DNA from: an uncultured Methanomicrobiaceae archaeon
GTDB taxonomy: Archaea > Halobacteriota > Methanomicrobia > Methanomicrobiales > Methanoculleaceae
Assembly: GCA_963826525.1 (NCBI GenBank)
Contig: CAWGXH010000004.1
Coordinates: 1,312,001 to 1,376,000, forward strand
Length of the DNA stretch: 64,000 nucleotides
Direction: 5' to 3'
The notes under the pieces were generated by a model. The model saw only the letters and a list, made by a program, of their open reading frames with translations, did not search any database and had not been told where the DNA came from. The translations under genes were made by a program, and so were the position numbers. Positions 9,678-21,071 of this stretch are shown piece by piece (within the stretch, counting starts at the first letter, position 1; every line of letters starts with the position of its first letter).

Positions 9678-12371
9678 ATGGACGATATGGTGAAGGTACT
9701 TCTGATCGAAGATGATCCCGCGGACGCCCGGTATATTCGGGAGAAACTCTGTGAAAGGGGCAGCCGGTTTGAGGTGGTGGAGTCTGGCAGGCTCGCGGCC
9801 GGACTTGCCGCGCTCTCCCGCGATGCGTTCGATCTTGTCCTGCTCGACCTGATGCTCCCGGACAGCGGAGGGGTTGAGACGTTTCTTTTGCTTCGGAACC
9901 ATGCTCCGGATATCCCGGTCATCGTTCTGTCAGGCCACGACGATGCGAATCTCGCCGCCCACACCGTGCAGAGCGGGGTTCTCGACTGCCTGGTAAAAGA
10001 GAGGATCGAGCCTGAGTTCCTGACCCGCTTTCTCCGGTATGCGCGGGAGCGGAAGCGACTCGAAGATACAGTGCGGCATCTGGAAGCGCAGCATCGGCAC
10101 TACCTCGATACCCTGCACGAAGGTGTCATCGCGATCGATCTTCGGGGCGGGATCACGTATCTCAATCCCCGCATGGCAGAGTTCCTCGGTTATGCCCCGG
10201 GAGATCTCGTCGGCAGCCCGGTCGCGGCGCTCGGTGAATGCCTCCGGAGTCTGAACGACAGGGAGAGCGGGATGTTCGAGGCGCCGCTGCTCCGCGGTGA
10301 CGGATCTTCCGTCTGTGTGCGCATCACCACATCTCCGGTCACCGATCTTACCGGGAAACGCCTCGGTACCCGTGCTGCTGTCTTCGAGATACCCGCCCGG
10401 AGCGGTGCCAAAGAGGTGCTCCGGGGGGGCGAAGAGCAGTATCGTCTTCTGGTGGACGGCCTGAACGAGGGGATCTGGGTCATCGACGAGGCGGCAACGA
10501 CGACGTTCGTCAATCCGCGGATGGTCGAGATACTTGGCTATCCAGAGCGCGCGATTATCGGGAGATCCGCTTTTGATTTTGTCGACGAGGCCAGCCGCCC
10601 GGTTATAGCCGGGTCCCTGCGCCGCCGCAGAGCGGGCCACCGGGAGCAGTACGAATGCACCCTTATCAGGAGCGACGGAGCCCGGCGGACGGCTCTCATC
10701 ACGGCAGCACCGCTGTTCGATGGCGACGGCCTTTTCCGGGGCTCTATTGCCGGGGTCACCGACATCACCGAACGCAAGAACGCCGAACAGCAGATGCGGG
10801 GTATGGAGAAGGCCATCGCCTCCTCCGTCAGTCCCATCGCGTTTGCCGATCTCGACGGGAACCTGACCTACGTCAATCCGGCGTTTCTCGAGCTCTGGGG
10901 ATACGCCTCGCCGGACGAGGTGGTCGGAAGGGCGCTCTCTTCCTTCTGGGAGGATGCATCCGAGGCGGAAGAGGTCTCGGAAGCCGTCTGGGGCGAGGGG
11001 CAGTGGACGGGCGAGCTCGTTGGGAGGCGGCGGGACGGCTCGATCTTCGATGCGCAGATCTCGTCGAACACCGTAACCGACGACTTCGGAGAGCCTATTA
11101 TCATCATGGTCTCGCTGATCGATATCTCCGAGCGGAAACGTGCCGAGCGAGAGATCCTCACGCGGAACAAACAACTCATGGTCTTAAACCGGATCATCGG
11201 CTCGTCCGCATCGTCGCTTTCGCTCTCCGAACTCCTCGAGACCGGGATGCGGCGTACGCTCGAATTGATGGAGTTTGACATCGGCATCGTTTATATGCTC
11301 GATGCCGAACGAAAGCGGGGACTTCTCCAGTATCAGGAGAACATCCCCGCCTCCGCCCTCTCCCGGCACCGGATCGTCAAGGTGCATCACTGGCCGTTCA
11401 ACTTTATCTTCATCGCAGGCCAGGCACGGTATATCGAGAGCAGCAAGGGTCTCAGTTCCATCGAGTCGGCGATCCTCGAGGATCTCGGGGCCGTATCGCT
11501 TGCCTGTATCCCGCTCGTCGCCGAATCCGTTGTTGTCGGAGCACTCTATCTCGGGAGCAAGACCGAACCTGCATTGTCGCCGGAAGAGAAGACGCTGCTT
11601 GAGGCGATAGGAAAGGAGATCGGTTCCGGCATCCTGAAGGGGATGCTCCATAAGCGTCTCGAGGCCGCGAACCGCGAGGCGAACCTCTACCTCGATATCA
11701 TGACCCACGATATCAGGAACGCTGAGAACGTCTCCACGCTGTACGCCGATCTTCTCATCGATATGCTCGAGGGCGAGGCCGCGCTGTACGCGAAGAAACT
11801 TCAGGGGAGCATCAGAAAGAGTATCGGGATCCTGCGGAGCGTCTCCACGATCCGCCGGATTCACCAGACCACGGCTGAGCTCCAGCCCGTCGACCTCGAC
11901 CGGGTGATCCGTGAAGAGCGTCTGGCCTTCCCCGGCGTTTCGATAGCCTATGAAGGATTACCCCGGGAGGTCTGGGCCGACGACCTCATCGCCGAGGTCT
12001 TCGGAAACCTGATCGGAAACAGCATCAAGTTCGGCGGGTCGGACGTCAAGATCGCCGTCCGCGTCGATGAGTACGATGGGGAGAGTCTGCTCGTCTCGAT
12101 TGAGGATACCGGCCCGGGAGTGCCTGATGCGGTCAAAGAGACGATATTCCACCGATTTGAACGGGGGAGAAGTCATGGCAGCGGTGAAGGGCTCGGTCTC
12201 TATATTGCAAAGACACTCATCGAGCGTTACGGTGGGAAGGTCTGGGTCGACGACAGAGTGGAGGAACGGCCCGACCTCGGAGCAGCCTTCCGGTTCACCC
12301 TGCAGGAGGTCATGCCTGCGGGTGACGATGAGACGGTGGACGATCCGTGCCCGCCTGAGGACGAGGAGTAG
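9678..12371 (+). CDS. Hybrid sensor kinase: receiver - 3x PAS - GAF - HisKA/HATPase
   Basis: LLIEDD/LLDLMLPD receiver, PAS repeats, YLDIMTHDIRN H-box, NLIGNSIKF, EDTGPG, GEGLGL. Confidence 0.92.
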   Translation: MDDMVKVLLIEDDPADARYIREKLCERGSRFEVVESGRLAAGLAALSRDAFDLVLLDLMLPDSGGVETFLLLRNHAPDIPVIVLSGHDDANLAAHTVQSGVLDCLVKERIEPEFLTRFLRYARERKRLEDTVRHLEAQHRHYLDTLHEGVIAIDLRGGITYLNPRMAEFLGYAPGDLVGSPVAALGECLRSLNDRESGMFEAPLLRGDGSSVCVRITTSPVTDLTGKRLGTRAAVFEIPARSGAKEVLRGGEEQYRLLVDGLNEGIWVIDEAATTTFVNPRMVEILGYPERAIIGRSAFDFVDEASRPVIAGSLRRRRAGHREQYECTLIRSDGARRTALITAAPLFDGDGLFRGSIAGVTDITERKNAEQQMRGMEKAIASSVSPIAFADLDGNLTYVNPAFLELWGYASPDEVVGRALSSFWEDASEAEEVSEAVWGEGQWTGELVGRRRDGSIFDAQISSNTVTDDFGEPIIIMVSLIDISERKRAEREILTRNKQLMVLNRIIGSSASSLSLSELLETGMRRTLELMEFDIGIVYMLDAERKRGLLQYQENIPASALSRHRIVKVHHWPFNFIFIAGQARYIESSKGLSSIESAILEDLGAVSLACIPLVAESVVVGALYLGSKTEPALSPEEKTLLEAIGKEIGSGILKGMLHKRLEAANREANLYLDIMTHDIRNAENVSTLYADLLIDMLEGEAALYAKKLQGSIRKSIGILRSVSTIRRIHQTTAELQPVDLDRVIREERLAFPGVSIAYEGLPREVWADDLIAEVFGNLIGNSIKFGGSDVKIAVRVDEYDGESLLVSIEDTGPGVPDAVKETIFHRFERGRSHGSGEGLGLYIAKTLIERYGGKVWVDDRVEERPDLGAAFRFTLQEVMPAGDDETVDDPCPPEDEE

Positions 12372-12720
12372 CGGCCAGAGGCTCCCCTGCTTCTCCGGTT
12401 CCCCAATCCCCCGGCAAAATGGGCGCGCAGGAAGAACTTCTCCTGTGAGACGAGATCCTCGGGCTTACCGGCGGGGTGGCGCAAAAGCACCTCTCTACGC
12501 GCTCGATCCAGTGGTACTGGATTTTTCCAATCCGATAAGGCTTATTAGTCCCTGCTAAATACTTTCTTTCCGAGCTGGTTCAGTGAGGATGAGTGGAGTC
12601 GGCCGAAGCGCACGCGAGCCCACCGGGCATCTCTCTGAAGGTTGCCGCGGCCCTGTTTTTTCCGTGACTATCCCGACAGAGAGAACAGGAGCAGAAGGGT
12701 CCGGGGGGGATATCTAGAGC

Positions 12721-15700
12721 ATGCAACGACTGGAGAAGGAGATCGAGGCTGCCCGGCGATGCCTTGACGATCTCGACCGGCAGGCCTGCATCTACCCGGA
12801 GCGGCCGGGTCTGCTGCTCGATATGATACACCATCTCTCCGCAGCGTTGAAGGAACTGTATCGCGAGCGGGAAGACCTGATGGCGGCAGGTGCGGATGCC
12901 GTCAGGGGAGAGAGGTATGCGGCTGATCTCTTCCCCCTCACCTCCGATGCGTGCCTCATAACCGATCCCGACGGCAGCATCCGGGAAGCAAACCCTGCGG
13001 CAGCAATCCTGCTCGGGTCTGCGCCCGGTGCGCTGATAGGCGAGCAGATCCGCCATTTCTTTCCCCCAGTGGATGCTGCATCGCTCGTTGCGCGGCATCG
13101 CCGGGTTCTGGCAGGCGAGGCTGTGCCTGCATGGGAACTCGATCTTCGGCAGGGGAGCGGCGGCCTGGCCGTCCTCGCAACAGTTACTCTCTGCGGTGAC
13201 GGCCGTGGATCTCCGGTCCGCCTGATCTGGCTCTTTCGGGATATCACCGGGGCGAAGGATCGCGATGCCGAACTCCGGATCAGAGATGCGGCTCTCGAAG
13301 CATCTACGGGTGCGGTGGTGATCGCCGGCGTTGACGGCAGGGTCATCTACGCAAACCGGGCGGCGTGCACGATCTGCGGATGCCTCCGTCCGGAGGATAT
13401 TATCGGAGAGCGGATCTCCCGGTTCCTTGGAGACGGCGATTGTACCGCGGCATTTCGGGATGGTCTCCTCCGGGATGGTATGTGGCAGGGGGAGGTAACC
13501 GGCCGGAGGCGGGACGGTTCGGAGTATATTCTGCAGTTATCGGCCAAGGTTGTCACCGGTGAGGCCGACACTCCCTCATATCTCGTCGTTTCCTGCACGG
13601 ATGCCGCCGGAGAGCGGAATGCCCGGGCACGCCTCTGCTCCTCCGGGAACCTCTGCCGGGCACTTCTTGAGATCTCGGGATCTGCGATGCTGATCGTCGA
13701 GGAGGACGGTACGATCGCTGCAGCGAATGCAGAGTGCGAGCGCCGCTTCGGCTTTGCCCGGCGCGACCTTGAGGGCTGCATACTCTGGAAACGTCTCTTC
13801 TCCGGGAGTAACCGGGACGTTATCTGCGAATACCTTCGGCTTTGCAGGGAAAATCCCGCATACGCTCCGCGGAACTACTCCGTCCCGCTCATCGACGTCG
13901 AGGGACCTGCCGTGACGTCGTCCTCTCCGTAGCGGCGATACCGGGGATGCAGCGCTACATCGTCTCGCTGGTTGATACGACCGAGACGAGGCGGCTCGAG
14001 GCGGCGCTGAAGGCAAGCGAGGAGAAGTTTCGGGAGATCGTCCAGCGCAGTTTCGACGTGCTCTTCACCTGCAACGGGGCATGCGTGCTGACCTACGTCT
14101 CGCCGGCGATCGAGCGGATCACCGGGTACACCCCGGAAGACCTGATCGGGCACTCTTTCGAAGAGCTCGATCATGCCCTCCTCGAAGAGGAGCCTCGAGG
14201 ATGCAGAGAGGACTCTCAAGCGCGGGCTGCCGGTCGAAGGTCTCGCCCTCACGATCGTCCGAAGGGATGGCATGCCCTGCGTCATCGAGATCAATGCCTC
14301 TCCCACCGGCAGCGGGGGGGTGATGGCCGGCGTTCAGGGTATCTGCAGGGATATCACGGATCGCATGCGTGCGGAGGCGGAACTCAAGATCAAGGAGATG
14401 GCCATAGCATCCTCCGTCAGCGCCATCCTGCTCCTCGACCTCGAAGGGGTGGTCGAATATGTCAACCCGGCATTCTTACGCCTCTGGGGATACGATTCGG
14501 GAGACGAGGTGCTCGACCGGCCGGTAGTTACGTTCTGGCAGCCCGAGCAGAGGGTGGAACAGGTCTTCTCCGCGCTCCGGCGGGACGGCACCTGGGTTGG
14601 GGAGATAGCGGGACTCCGGAAGGACGGATCACCCTTCGATGCGCAGATGTCGGCGAATGTCGTGACCGACGAGTACGGAAACTCCCTCTGCTTCGTCGGG
14701 TATGTCGTCGATATCTCCGACCGCAAAAGGGTCGAAGAGGCGCTTCGCTCCCGTAATAAGCAACTCTATGCACTTAACCAGATCATCGGCGCCTCATCGC
14801 AGTCATCCTCGATTCAGGAGATTCTGGAGAGCGCCCTTGCAAAGACGATGGATCTGCTCGGCTTTGATGTCGGTATCGCCTACCTCACGGATGAAGATCG
14901 AAAGAAGGGGTATGTCGCGTGCAGCCGGGGCGTCCCCGCGCCGTTCCTTGCGGCCAATCGCGTCATACGGATCCATCACTGGCCGTTCAACTACGTCTTC
15001 GTCGCCGGCCAGCCTCGGTACCTCATGAAGGAGGCGAGACTTGACCCCGGTTCGACGGAACGGGTGCTGCTGCGGGAGCTCGGGGTTTCGTCGCTCGCCT
15101 GTATCCCCCTCGTTGCAGAGTCGGTGATCGTGGGGGGACTCTACATCGGCAGCAGGTGTGGGGAAGCACTGCCGCGGGAAAAAAGGATCCTCCTCGAGAC
15201 TATCGGGCGTGAGGTGGGCTCCGGAATCCTGAAAGGGGTGCTCCATAAGCGTCTCGAGGCCGCGAACCGAGAGGCGAACCTCTACCTCGACATCATGACC
15301 CACGATATCAGGAACGCCGGGAACGTCGCCAGCCTGTACTGCGATATCCTGAGCGATGCGCTCGAAGGGGAGATGGGGCTCTACGTGAAGAGGCTGCGGG
15401 GGAGCATCAGCAAGAGTATCGGAATTTTAGCCAACGTCTCGACGATCCGCCGTCTCCATCAGGAGGAAGTCGATGTAAAGCCGGTGCATCTCGACTCCGT
15501 CATCAGAGAGGAGTTGAGCCAGTTTCCCGATCTGCGGTTCGTCTACGAGGGCTCTTCGGTCTATGTCGAGGCGGACGATCTCCTGCCGGAGGTCTTCACC
15601 AATCTGATCGGCAATAGCGTCAAGTTCGGAGGGCAGGATGTTGAGGTTCGTATCCTGGTGGAGGAGGAGGACGAGAACGTCCTCGTCACGATCGAGGATA

Positions 15701-15966
15701 CCGGCCCGGGGATACAGGACGATCTGAAACAATCCATCTTCCATCGATTCGAGCGCGGGAAGAATCCGGCGAGCGGTGAGGGTCTCGGCCTCTATATCTC
15801 CCGGATGCTCATCGAGCGGTACGGTGGGAGAATCCTCGTCCGGGATCGGGTGGAGAAGCAGCCCGAAGCGGGGGCGGCATTCTATTTCTCTCTGCGAAAA
15901 GCGGGTATGCCCGACGGAGAGGGGCCGTTTGTCGGACAATACGATTTAATCTCAAAAGATTTATAA
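12721..15966 (+). CDS. Multi-PAS - GAF - histidine kinase (frameshifts near 13900 and 14170)
   Basis: PAS-like sequence passes through ORFs 12721.., 13842.. and 14173..15966; YLDIMTHDIRN, EDTGPG, GEGLGL. Confidence 0.8.
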
Positions 15967-15989
15967 ATTCTAGTCGCTTTATTGATTTC

Positions 15990-16475
15990 GTGAGCATTCC
16001 CTTCGTTAATATTGTCAAGTTCATCGTCGCGATAGCCGTATGCCAGGCTGCCGGCCTCATCGGGACGATATTCACCATTCCGGCGATTCCGACATGGTAT
16101 GCCGCACTTGAGAAACCCGCCCTCACGCCGCCGTCGTTCCTCTTCGGTCCGGTCTGGACGGTTCTCTTCTTCCTGATGGGTATCGCGCTCTACCTGGTCT
16201 GGCTGCGGGGATGGGAGCGAAAAGACGTGAAGCTCGCAGTCTCGATTTTCGGTATCCAGCTCGTCCTCAATGTCCTCTGGTCGTACTTCTTCTTCGGACT
16301 TCAGATGCCCTTCTTTGCCCTGATCGAGATCATCATCCTCTGGGTTGCGATCGCATTCTCGATATGGAGTTTTGCCAAGGTCTCCGTACCTGCGGCGCTT
16401 CTGCTCCTTCCCTATATTCTCTGGGTGAGTTTTGCCGCCTACCTTAACTACGGTATTTCCGTTCTCAACCCGTAG
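15990..16475 (+). CDS. TspO/MBR family tryptophan-rich sensory protein
   Basis: WYAALEKP, PP..LFGPVWT, LNVLWSYFFFG, LLPYILWVSFAAYLN. Confidence 0.92.
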   Translation: MSIPFVNIVKFIVAIAVCQAAGLIGTIFTIPAIPTWYAALEKPALTPPSFLFGPVWTVLFFLMGIALYLVWLRGWERKDVKLAVSIFGIQLVLNVLWSYFFFGLQMPFFALIEIIILWVAIAFSIWSFAKVSVPAALLLLPYILWVSFAAYLNYGISVLNP

Positions 16476-16856
16476 AGGCGGGGAGAGGGTCGCGGGTGGT
16501 TGCCCACCCGTTCATGATCTCCCGGCTCCTTCATGGCACACACTTCTCCGATCCCACCATACCGGGAACGCCACAGACCCTTTTGATCGCCCGATCACGA
16601 CTCCTTACATATCGGCGGGTACCTCTGTGAAACCGTTGCAGCGCCTCTCCGGTGGAAGACGCATGGTGGGCGACCTCGGCGGTTATTCAACGGCATCCTG
16701 TATGTCCTGATACTCGGGTACGTCCGGCAGAATGAACGGAAAAATGCAGGGCGAAAGTGACGGTATGTCGGCACGACCTCGAACTCCGGGAGAAGAGAGT
16801 CTGCCTGGGGATCTTCCCCGACCGTCTCCGATCGGGGTCTTGAGGCCGGGGACGCC

Positions 16857-17459
16857 TCATTCCGTATCGATCTGCCGCCAGGTGTGGGCGAACCGCTGCA
16901 GTGCCGTGTAGTGCCCGAAGATGCCGAAGATGACGAGGAGCCAGCCGAGATAATTGAGGCCGAAGATGGCTCCTGGTATCATGATGGTCAGGATACCGGC
17001 GAGGATGATCAGAACCAGGCGGTCTGCCCTCCCGAGCAGCCCTCCGTAGTACCGGCCGACACCGACCGCCTGCGCCTGGGTTCCGAGGTACGACGACATC
17101 AGAACACCGGTCAGTGCGAAGACGCCGATCTGCCAGGATGCCGCACCCCCGGCGAAGATGCCGGTGATGATGAAGATATCGGCATATCGGTCGATGACGT
17201 GGTCGAGGAAATCGCCGCGGAGACCGGCTGTCCCGAGATCCCGGGCGAGGGCACCGTCGAGCGCATCGAAGAGGGCGTTGAGCCCGACCATCAGAACGCC
17301 GAGGGCGATGCCGCCTGCCCAGAACGCGGCGCCGGCAGCAGCCGAGAAGGCCAGGGATGCGACGGTATAAGTATTCGGAGTCAGCCCGAGCTTCTTTGAT
17401 ATCTTCACCATGGGCTGAAAGATGCCCTGCACCATCGGTCGAAACTGATCGAGCGTCAT
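16857..17459 (-). CDS. CDP-alcohol phosphatidyltransferase (archaetidylinositol-phosphate synthase-like)
   Basis: DALDGALAR...GDFLDHVIDRYAD signature. Confidence 0.88.
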   Translation of the reverse strand: MTLDQFRPMVQGIFQPMVKISKKLGLTPNTYTVASLAFSAAAGAAFWAGGIALGVLMVGLNALFDALDGALARDLGTAGLRGDFLDHVIDRYADIFIITGIFAGGAASWQIGVFALTGVLMSSYLGTQAQAVGVGRYYGGLLGRADRLVLIILAGILTIMIPGAIFGLNYLGWLLVIFGIFGHYTALQRFAHTWRQIDTE

Positions 17460-17968
17460 AAGCCGGTATCCAGATAGGGAGTCCAGTCGATGTTCCCGTA
17501 GGATGGTGGCAGTTTTCCTTTCATAAACTGCTCGATTTTATCCGCACACTCCTCTACCGACTGCTCCGTCGTATCGAGCTCGTAGATGGTATCTTCGGGG
17601 CGCTCTTCGAGCGTCTCTATCAGGATGACGTCGAGGGCTTCCGCTTCGGCGTTTTCACGGATCTTCTCGAGGCCGTAGCCCCGGGGTGAGAGCCGTGCGG
17701 CAAGAATATCCGGGCGGCACCGGAGCACGACGATCCGGTCGCACGGGAGGAAGTGGGCAAGGTGCCCTTCGACGATCCCGTCGACCGCGGGAAACTTCTC
17801 TGCCCAGCGTTCGACGTCGACGACGAGCGTGTCCCGCTCCCTATCTTCTTCGAGGATGTACTCTTCGATAGTCTCCCCGATCCGGACGACGTGGTGCCCG
17901 CGCCGCAGAAGTTCGTGGGCGATCGCTGATTTTCCCGTGCCGGGCGTCCCGGTGATGCCGACCATCAT
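17456..17968 (-). CDS. Archaeal adenylate kinase (AK6/Fap7-type)
   Basis: GTPGTGKS, VEGH, KIRENAEAEALD. Confidence 0.85.
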   Translation of the reverse strand: MMVGITGTPGTGKSAIAHELLRRGHHVVRIGETIEEYILEEDRERDTLVVDVERWAEKFPAVDGIVEGHLAHFLPCDRIVVLRCRPDILAARLSPRGYGLEKIRENAEAEALDVILIETLEERPEDTIYELDTTEQSVEECADKIEQFMKGKLPPSYGNIDWTPYLDTGL

Positions 17969-19020
17969 AGTGATCCTATCGCCTCGAGGAATCGATTGTT
18001 TTCCCAGTCGTCACCGATGCTGACGCGGATATAGTGATCGCCGAGCCCCGGGAAGCTCGTGCACGACCGGGCGAGCACACCCTTCGCCGCGAGGAGGTCG
18101 ACGACCTCGTCACCCGTATGGGGGGCGACGTCCAGCATGACGAAGTTCGCGTCCGAGGGCAGAGCCGGAAACGGTGTCTCTGCAAGGAAACGCTTCCGCC
18201 ACCGGCAGACGTGGTCGCAGGTTGCCGTGACATGCCCGCTATCGGCGAGCGCTCCGATCGCCGCTGCCGCCGAGACGGCGTTGAGTGCGAACGGTGTTGC
18301 CGCCCGCAGGTAGAACGGCTCGAACCACGCCGGCACGAAGGCATAGCCGACCCGGAGGCCGGCAAGCGAGAACATTTTGGACATCGTCCTGCCGAGGATG
18401 AGGTTATCGTATTCCTGCATGAGCGGCCGGTAATCTATCCCGGAGAAATCGACGTAGGCGTTGTCGAGGAAGAGCATGCCGTCGATCGCATCGAGGATCT
18501 CCCGCACCGCCGGAGGCGGCGTCACCGTTCCGGTCGGATTGTTCGGCGAGCAGAGGAACGCTAGTTTTGCGCCCCGGCAGGCATCGGTGAATGTGCTGGT
18601 ATCCACTGAGAAGTCGGCGTTCCGGGGCACGTTCTGGACGACGGCGCCGTGCGCGCCGGCCGCAATGGCGTAAAAAGAGAAGGTGGGCGACGCAACGACC
18701 ACCCGTTCGCCGGGCTCGACGATCGTCCTGATGACGGTCTCGATGACGCCGTCCATCCCGGAGCCGGTCACGAATCGGAAATCCCCGTGATAGCGGCGGA
18801 GTGCCTCACAGAGAGCGTCCATCCGCTCGTCAGGATACCGGTTTCCGCCCCGGAGGGCCGCATGAGCCGCCTCGATGGCGAGGGAAGAGGGGGGGCGGGG
18901 GTTTTCGTTGCTTGCGAGCCGGGCAATCCGGTCAAACCCGTGCTCCCGTGCGACCTCGTCCGCCTTTCTGGCGTACGAGTATCCCTGCCGGGAGAAGCGC
19001 GCCCTAATCAAGTGCTGCAT
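17965..19020 (-). CDS. hisC: Histidinol-phosphate aminotransferase
   Basis: LASNENP, CSPNNPTG, RTMSKMFSLAGLRVGY. Confidence 0.93.
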   Translation of the reverse strand: MQHLIRARFSRQGYSYARKADEVAREHGFDRIARLASNENPRPPSSLAIEAAHAALRGGNRYPDERMDALCEALRRYHGDFRFVTGSGMDGVIETVIRTIVEPGERVVVASPTFSFYAIAAGAHGAVVQNVPRNADFSVDTSTFTDACRGAKLAFLCSPNNPTGTVTPPPAVREILDAIDGMLFLDNAYVDFSGIDYRPLMQEYDNLILGRTMSKMFSLAGLRVGYAFVPAWFEPFYLRAATPFALNAVSAAAAIGALADSGHVTATCDHVCRWRKRFLAETPFPALPSDANFVMLDVAPHTGDEVVDLLAAKGVLARSCTSFPGLGDHYIRVSIGDDWENNRFLEAIGSL

Positions 19021-20131
19021 TCAGGACTCCGATCACGCGGTCGATCTCGTCGTCGGTGATGACGAGCGGCGGGACCAGACGGAGGTTGCCGTCGGCGGCG
19101 CAGTTGACGAGGACACCTTCGGCCGCACACCGCTGCTGAACCTCCGGGCAGCGTTCGCCGACGGTGATACCGATCATCAGCCCGCGAACACGCGGGTTGT
19201 GGGAGCTGAGCCCCTGGCGGAACCGCTCGCCCCTCCGTGGGATATCCGCGAGGATCTCTTCGACGACACCGAGTGTGGCGAGCGCCGCGGCGCAGGCGAG
19301 CGGCCCGCCCGCAAAGGTGCTCCCGTGCTCGCTCTTCTGGAACTCGAGCCCCTCGCGGGCAACGAGCGCGCCGATGGGAAACCCGCTCGCAAGCCCCTTC
19401 GCAAGGGTGACGATGTCAGGCGTAACCCCGGTGTGCTGGATGCCGAGCCATTTTCCTGTCCTGCCGATACCGGTCTGGACCTCGTCGACGATCATCAGCG
19501 CGCCGGTATCGTCGCAGATCTCCCGGATGCCTTTAAAGAAACTGTCGGGCGGGATGATGACGCCGGCTTCGCCCTGGATCGGCTCGACGAAGATGCCCGC
19601 GGTGGTGCCGTCCACCGCCTCCATGACACCGTCGAGGTCGCCGTACTCGACGAAGGTGCAGGCCGGTTCGAGCGGCGCGAACGGCTCGCGGATCGCCGGC
19701 TTGTGGGTGACGGCGAGCGACCCGCACGTCCGGCCGTGGAACCCGTGGATGAACGCGACGAACGTCTTCTTCCCCGTCCTGACCCGGGCGAGCTTGATGG
19801 CTCCTTCGTTCGCCTCGGCTCCGGAGTTTGAAAAGAACGCCTTACCTAACCCTGTGATCGCTACGAGTTTCTCTGCAAGTTCGGCCTGATTCGGGACGTA
19901 GTAGAGGTTCGAGCAGTGGATGAGTTCTCCTGCCTGCCTCCGGATAGCGTCCACTACTGCTGGGTGGCAGTGGCCGGTGCTGCAGACCGCTATCCCTGCC
20001 ACACAGTCGATGTACTCGTTTCCCGCATCGTCCCAGACGTGCGAACCCCGGCCGCGGACGATCTTCATCGTCCTGCCGAAAGCCGGCATGTAGTATTTTG
20101 CATCAAGAGCCCGTGTATCCGTATCTTCCAT
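19004..20131 (-). CDS. argD: Acetylornithine aminotransferase
   Basis: SNSGAEANE, FHGRT, EPIQGE, DEVQTG.GRTG, LAKGL. Confidence 0.9.
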   Translation of the reverse strand: MEDTDTRALDAKYYMPAFGRTMKIVRGRGSHVWDDAGNEYIDCVAGIAVCSTGHCHPAVVDAIRRQAGELIHCSNLYYVPNQAELAEKLVAITGLGKAFFSNSGAEANEGAIKLARVRTGKKTFVAFIHGFHGRTCGSLAVTHKPAIREPFAPLEPACTFVEYGDLDGVMEAVDGTTAGIFVEPIQGEAGVIIPPDSFFKGIREICDDTGALMIVDEVQTGIGRTGKWLGIQHTGVTPDIVTLAKGLASGFPIGALVAREGLEFQKSEHGSTFAGGPLACAAALATLGVVEEILADIPRRGERFRQGLSSHNPRVRGLMIGITVGERCPEVQQRCAAEGVLVNCAADGNLRLVPPLVITDDEIDRVIGVLNAALD

Positions 20132-20141
20132 CTCGACCGCC

Positions 20142-21071
20142 TCACTCGTACTCGATCGTCGCCGGGGGTTTCGGCGTCACGTCGTAGACGACGCGGGCGA
20201 CACCCGGGATCTCGGAGGTTATCCGCGATGCCATGCTCGTGAGCACTTCGTACGGGAGGAGGAGCGGGTCGGCAGTCATCCCGTCGCGCGAGAAGACCGC
20301 ACGGACGGCGACGATCCAGCCGTGGAGCCGGACGTCCCCTTTCACGCCGGTTCCCTGCCCGACGAGTGCGGCGAAGCACTGCCAGGGGCGGAACTCCTCG
20401 ACCAGGTACTCCTCGACGATGGCGTTCGCCTCCCGGACTATGTCGACCTTCTCGCGGGTAACCTCGCCGATGATCCGCACAGCGAGTCCCGGGCCCGGGA
20501 ATGGCATCCGGTGCTGGATCTCGGGCGGGAGGTCAAGTCCGCCTGCCACCTCGCGCACCTCATCTTTGTAGAGGTCTGCTATCGGTTCGATGACCGACTT
20601 GAACTCCATATGAAGGGGCATTCCGCCGACGTTGTGGTGGCTCTTGATGCCGCCCTCGCTCTCGATCCGGTCGGGGTAGATGGTTCCCTGCAGGAGGTGG
20701 GATGCACCCGTCCGCCTCGCTTCGCGCTCGAAGACCCGAACGAACATCTCTCCGATGGCCTTTCGCTTCTCCTCGGGGTCGGTGAGCCCGACAAGGACGG
20801 CGAAGAACTCGTCCGCGGCATCGACGATGTGGAGGTTCAAGTCCCCAAAGAGCGTCCGGATCCGGTCGGTCTCGCCCTTGCGCATGAGACCGGTATCCAC
20901 GTAGATTGGCACGAGCCGGTCGCCTATGGCGCGTGCTGCGAGCGCAGCGCAGACCGAACTGTCGACGCCTCCCGAGAGCGCCATGACGACCTTGTCGTCG
21001 CCCGCCTCTTTCTGTATCCGGGATATTGCTTTTTCGATAAATTTCTCGACGTTGACCATTGCTTCATTCAC
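20142..21071 (-). CDS. guaAB: GMP synthase subunit B (ATP pyrophosphatase)
   Basis: [37 protein letters not shown]; start may be 21059. Confidence 0.95.
   Translation of the reverse strand: MNEAMVNVEKFIEKAISRIQKEAGDDKVVMALSGGVDSSVCAALAARAIGDRLVPIYVDTGLMRKGETDRIRTLFGDLNLHIVDAADEFFAVLVGLTDPEEKRKAIGEMFVRVFEREARRTGASHLLQGTIYPDRIESEGGIKSHHNVGGMPLHMEFKSVIEPIADLYKDEVREVAGGLDLPPEIQHRMPFPGPGLAVRIIGEVTREKVDIVREANAIVEEYLVEEFRPWQCFAALVGQGTGVKGDVRLHGWIVAVRAVFSRDGMTADPLLLPYEVLTSMASRITSEIPGVARVVYDVTPKPPATIEYE

Noticed and set aside
16005-16024. Partial GTTAA-N10-TTCAT match to the operator dyad
   Set aside because: Lies inside the tspO coding region, outside the island; likely background
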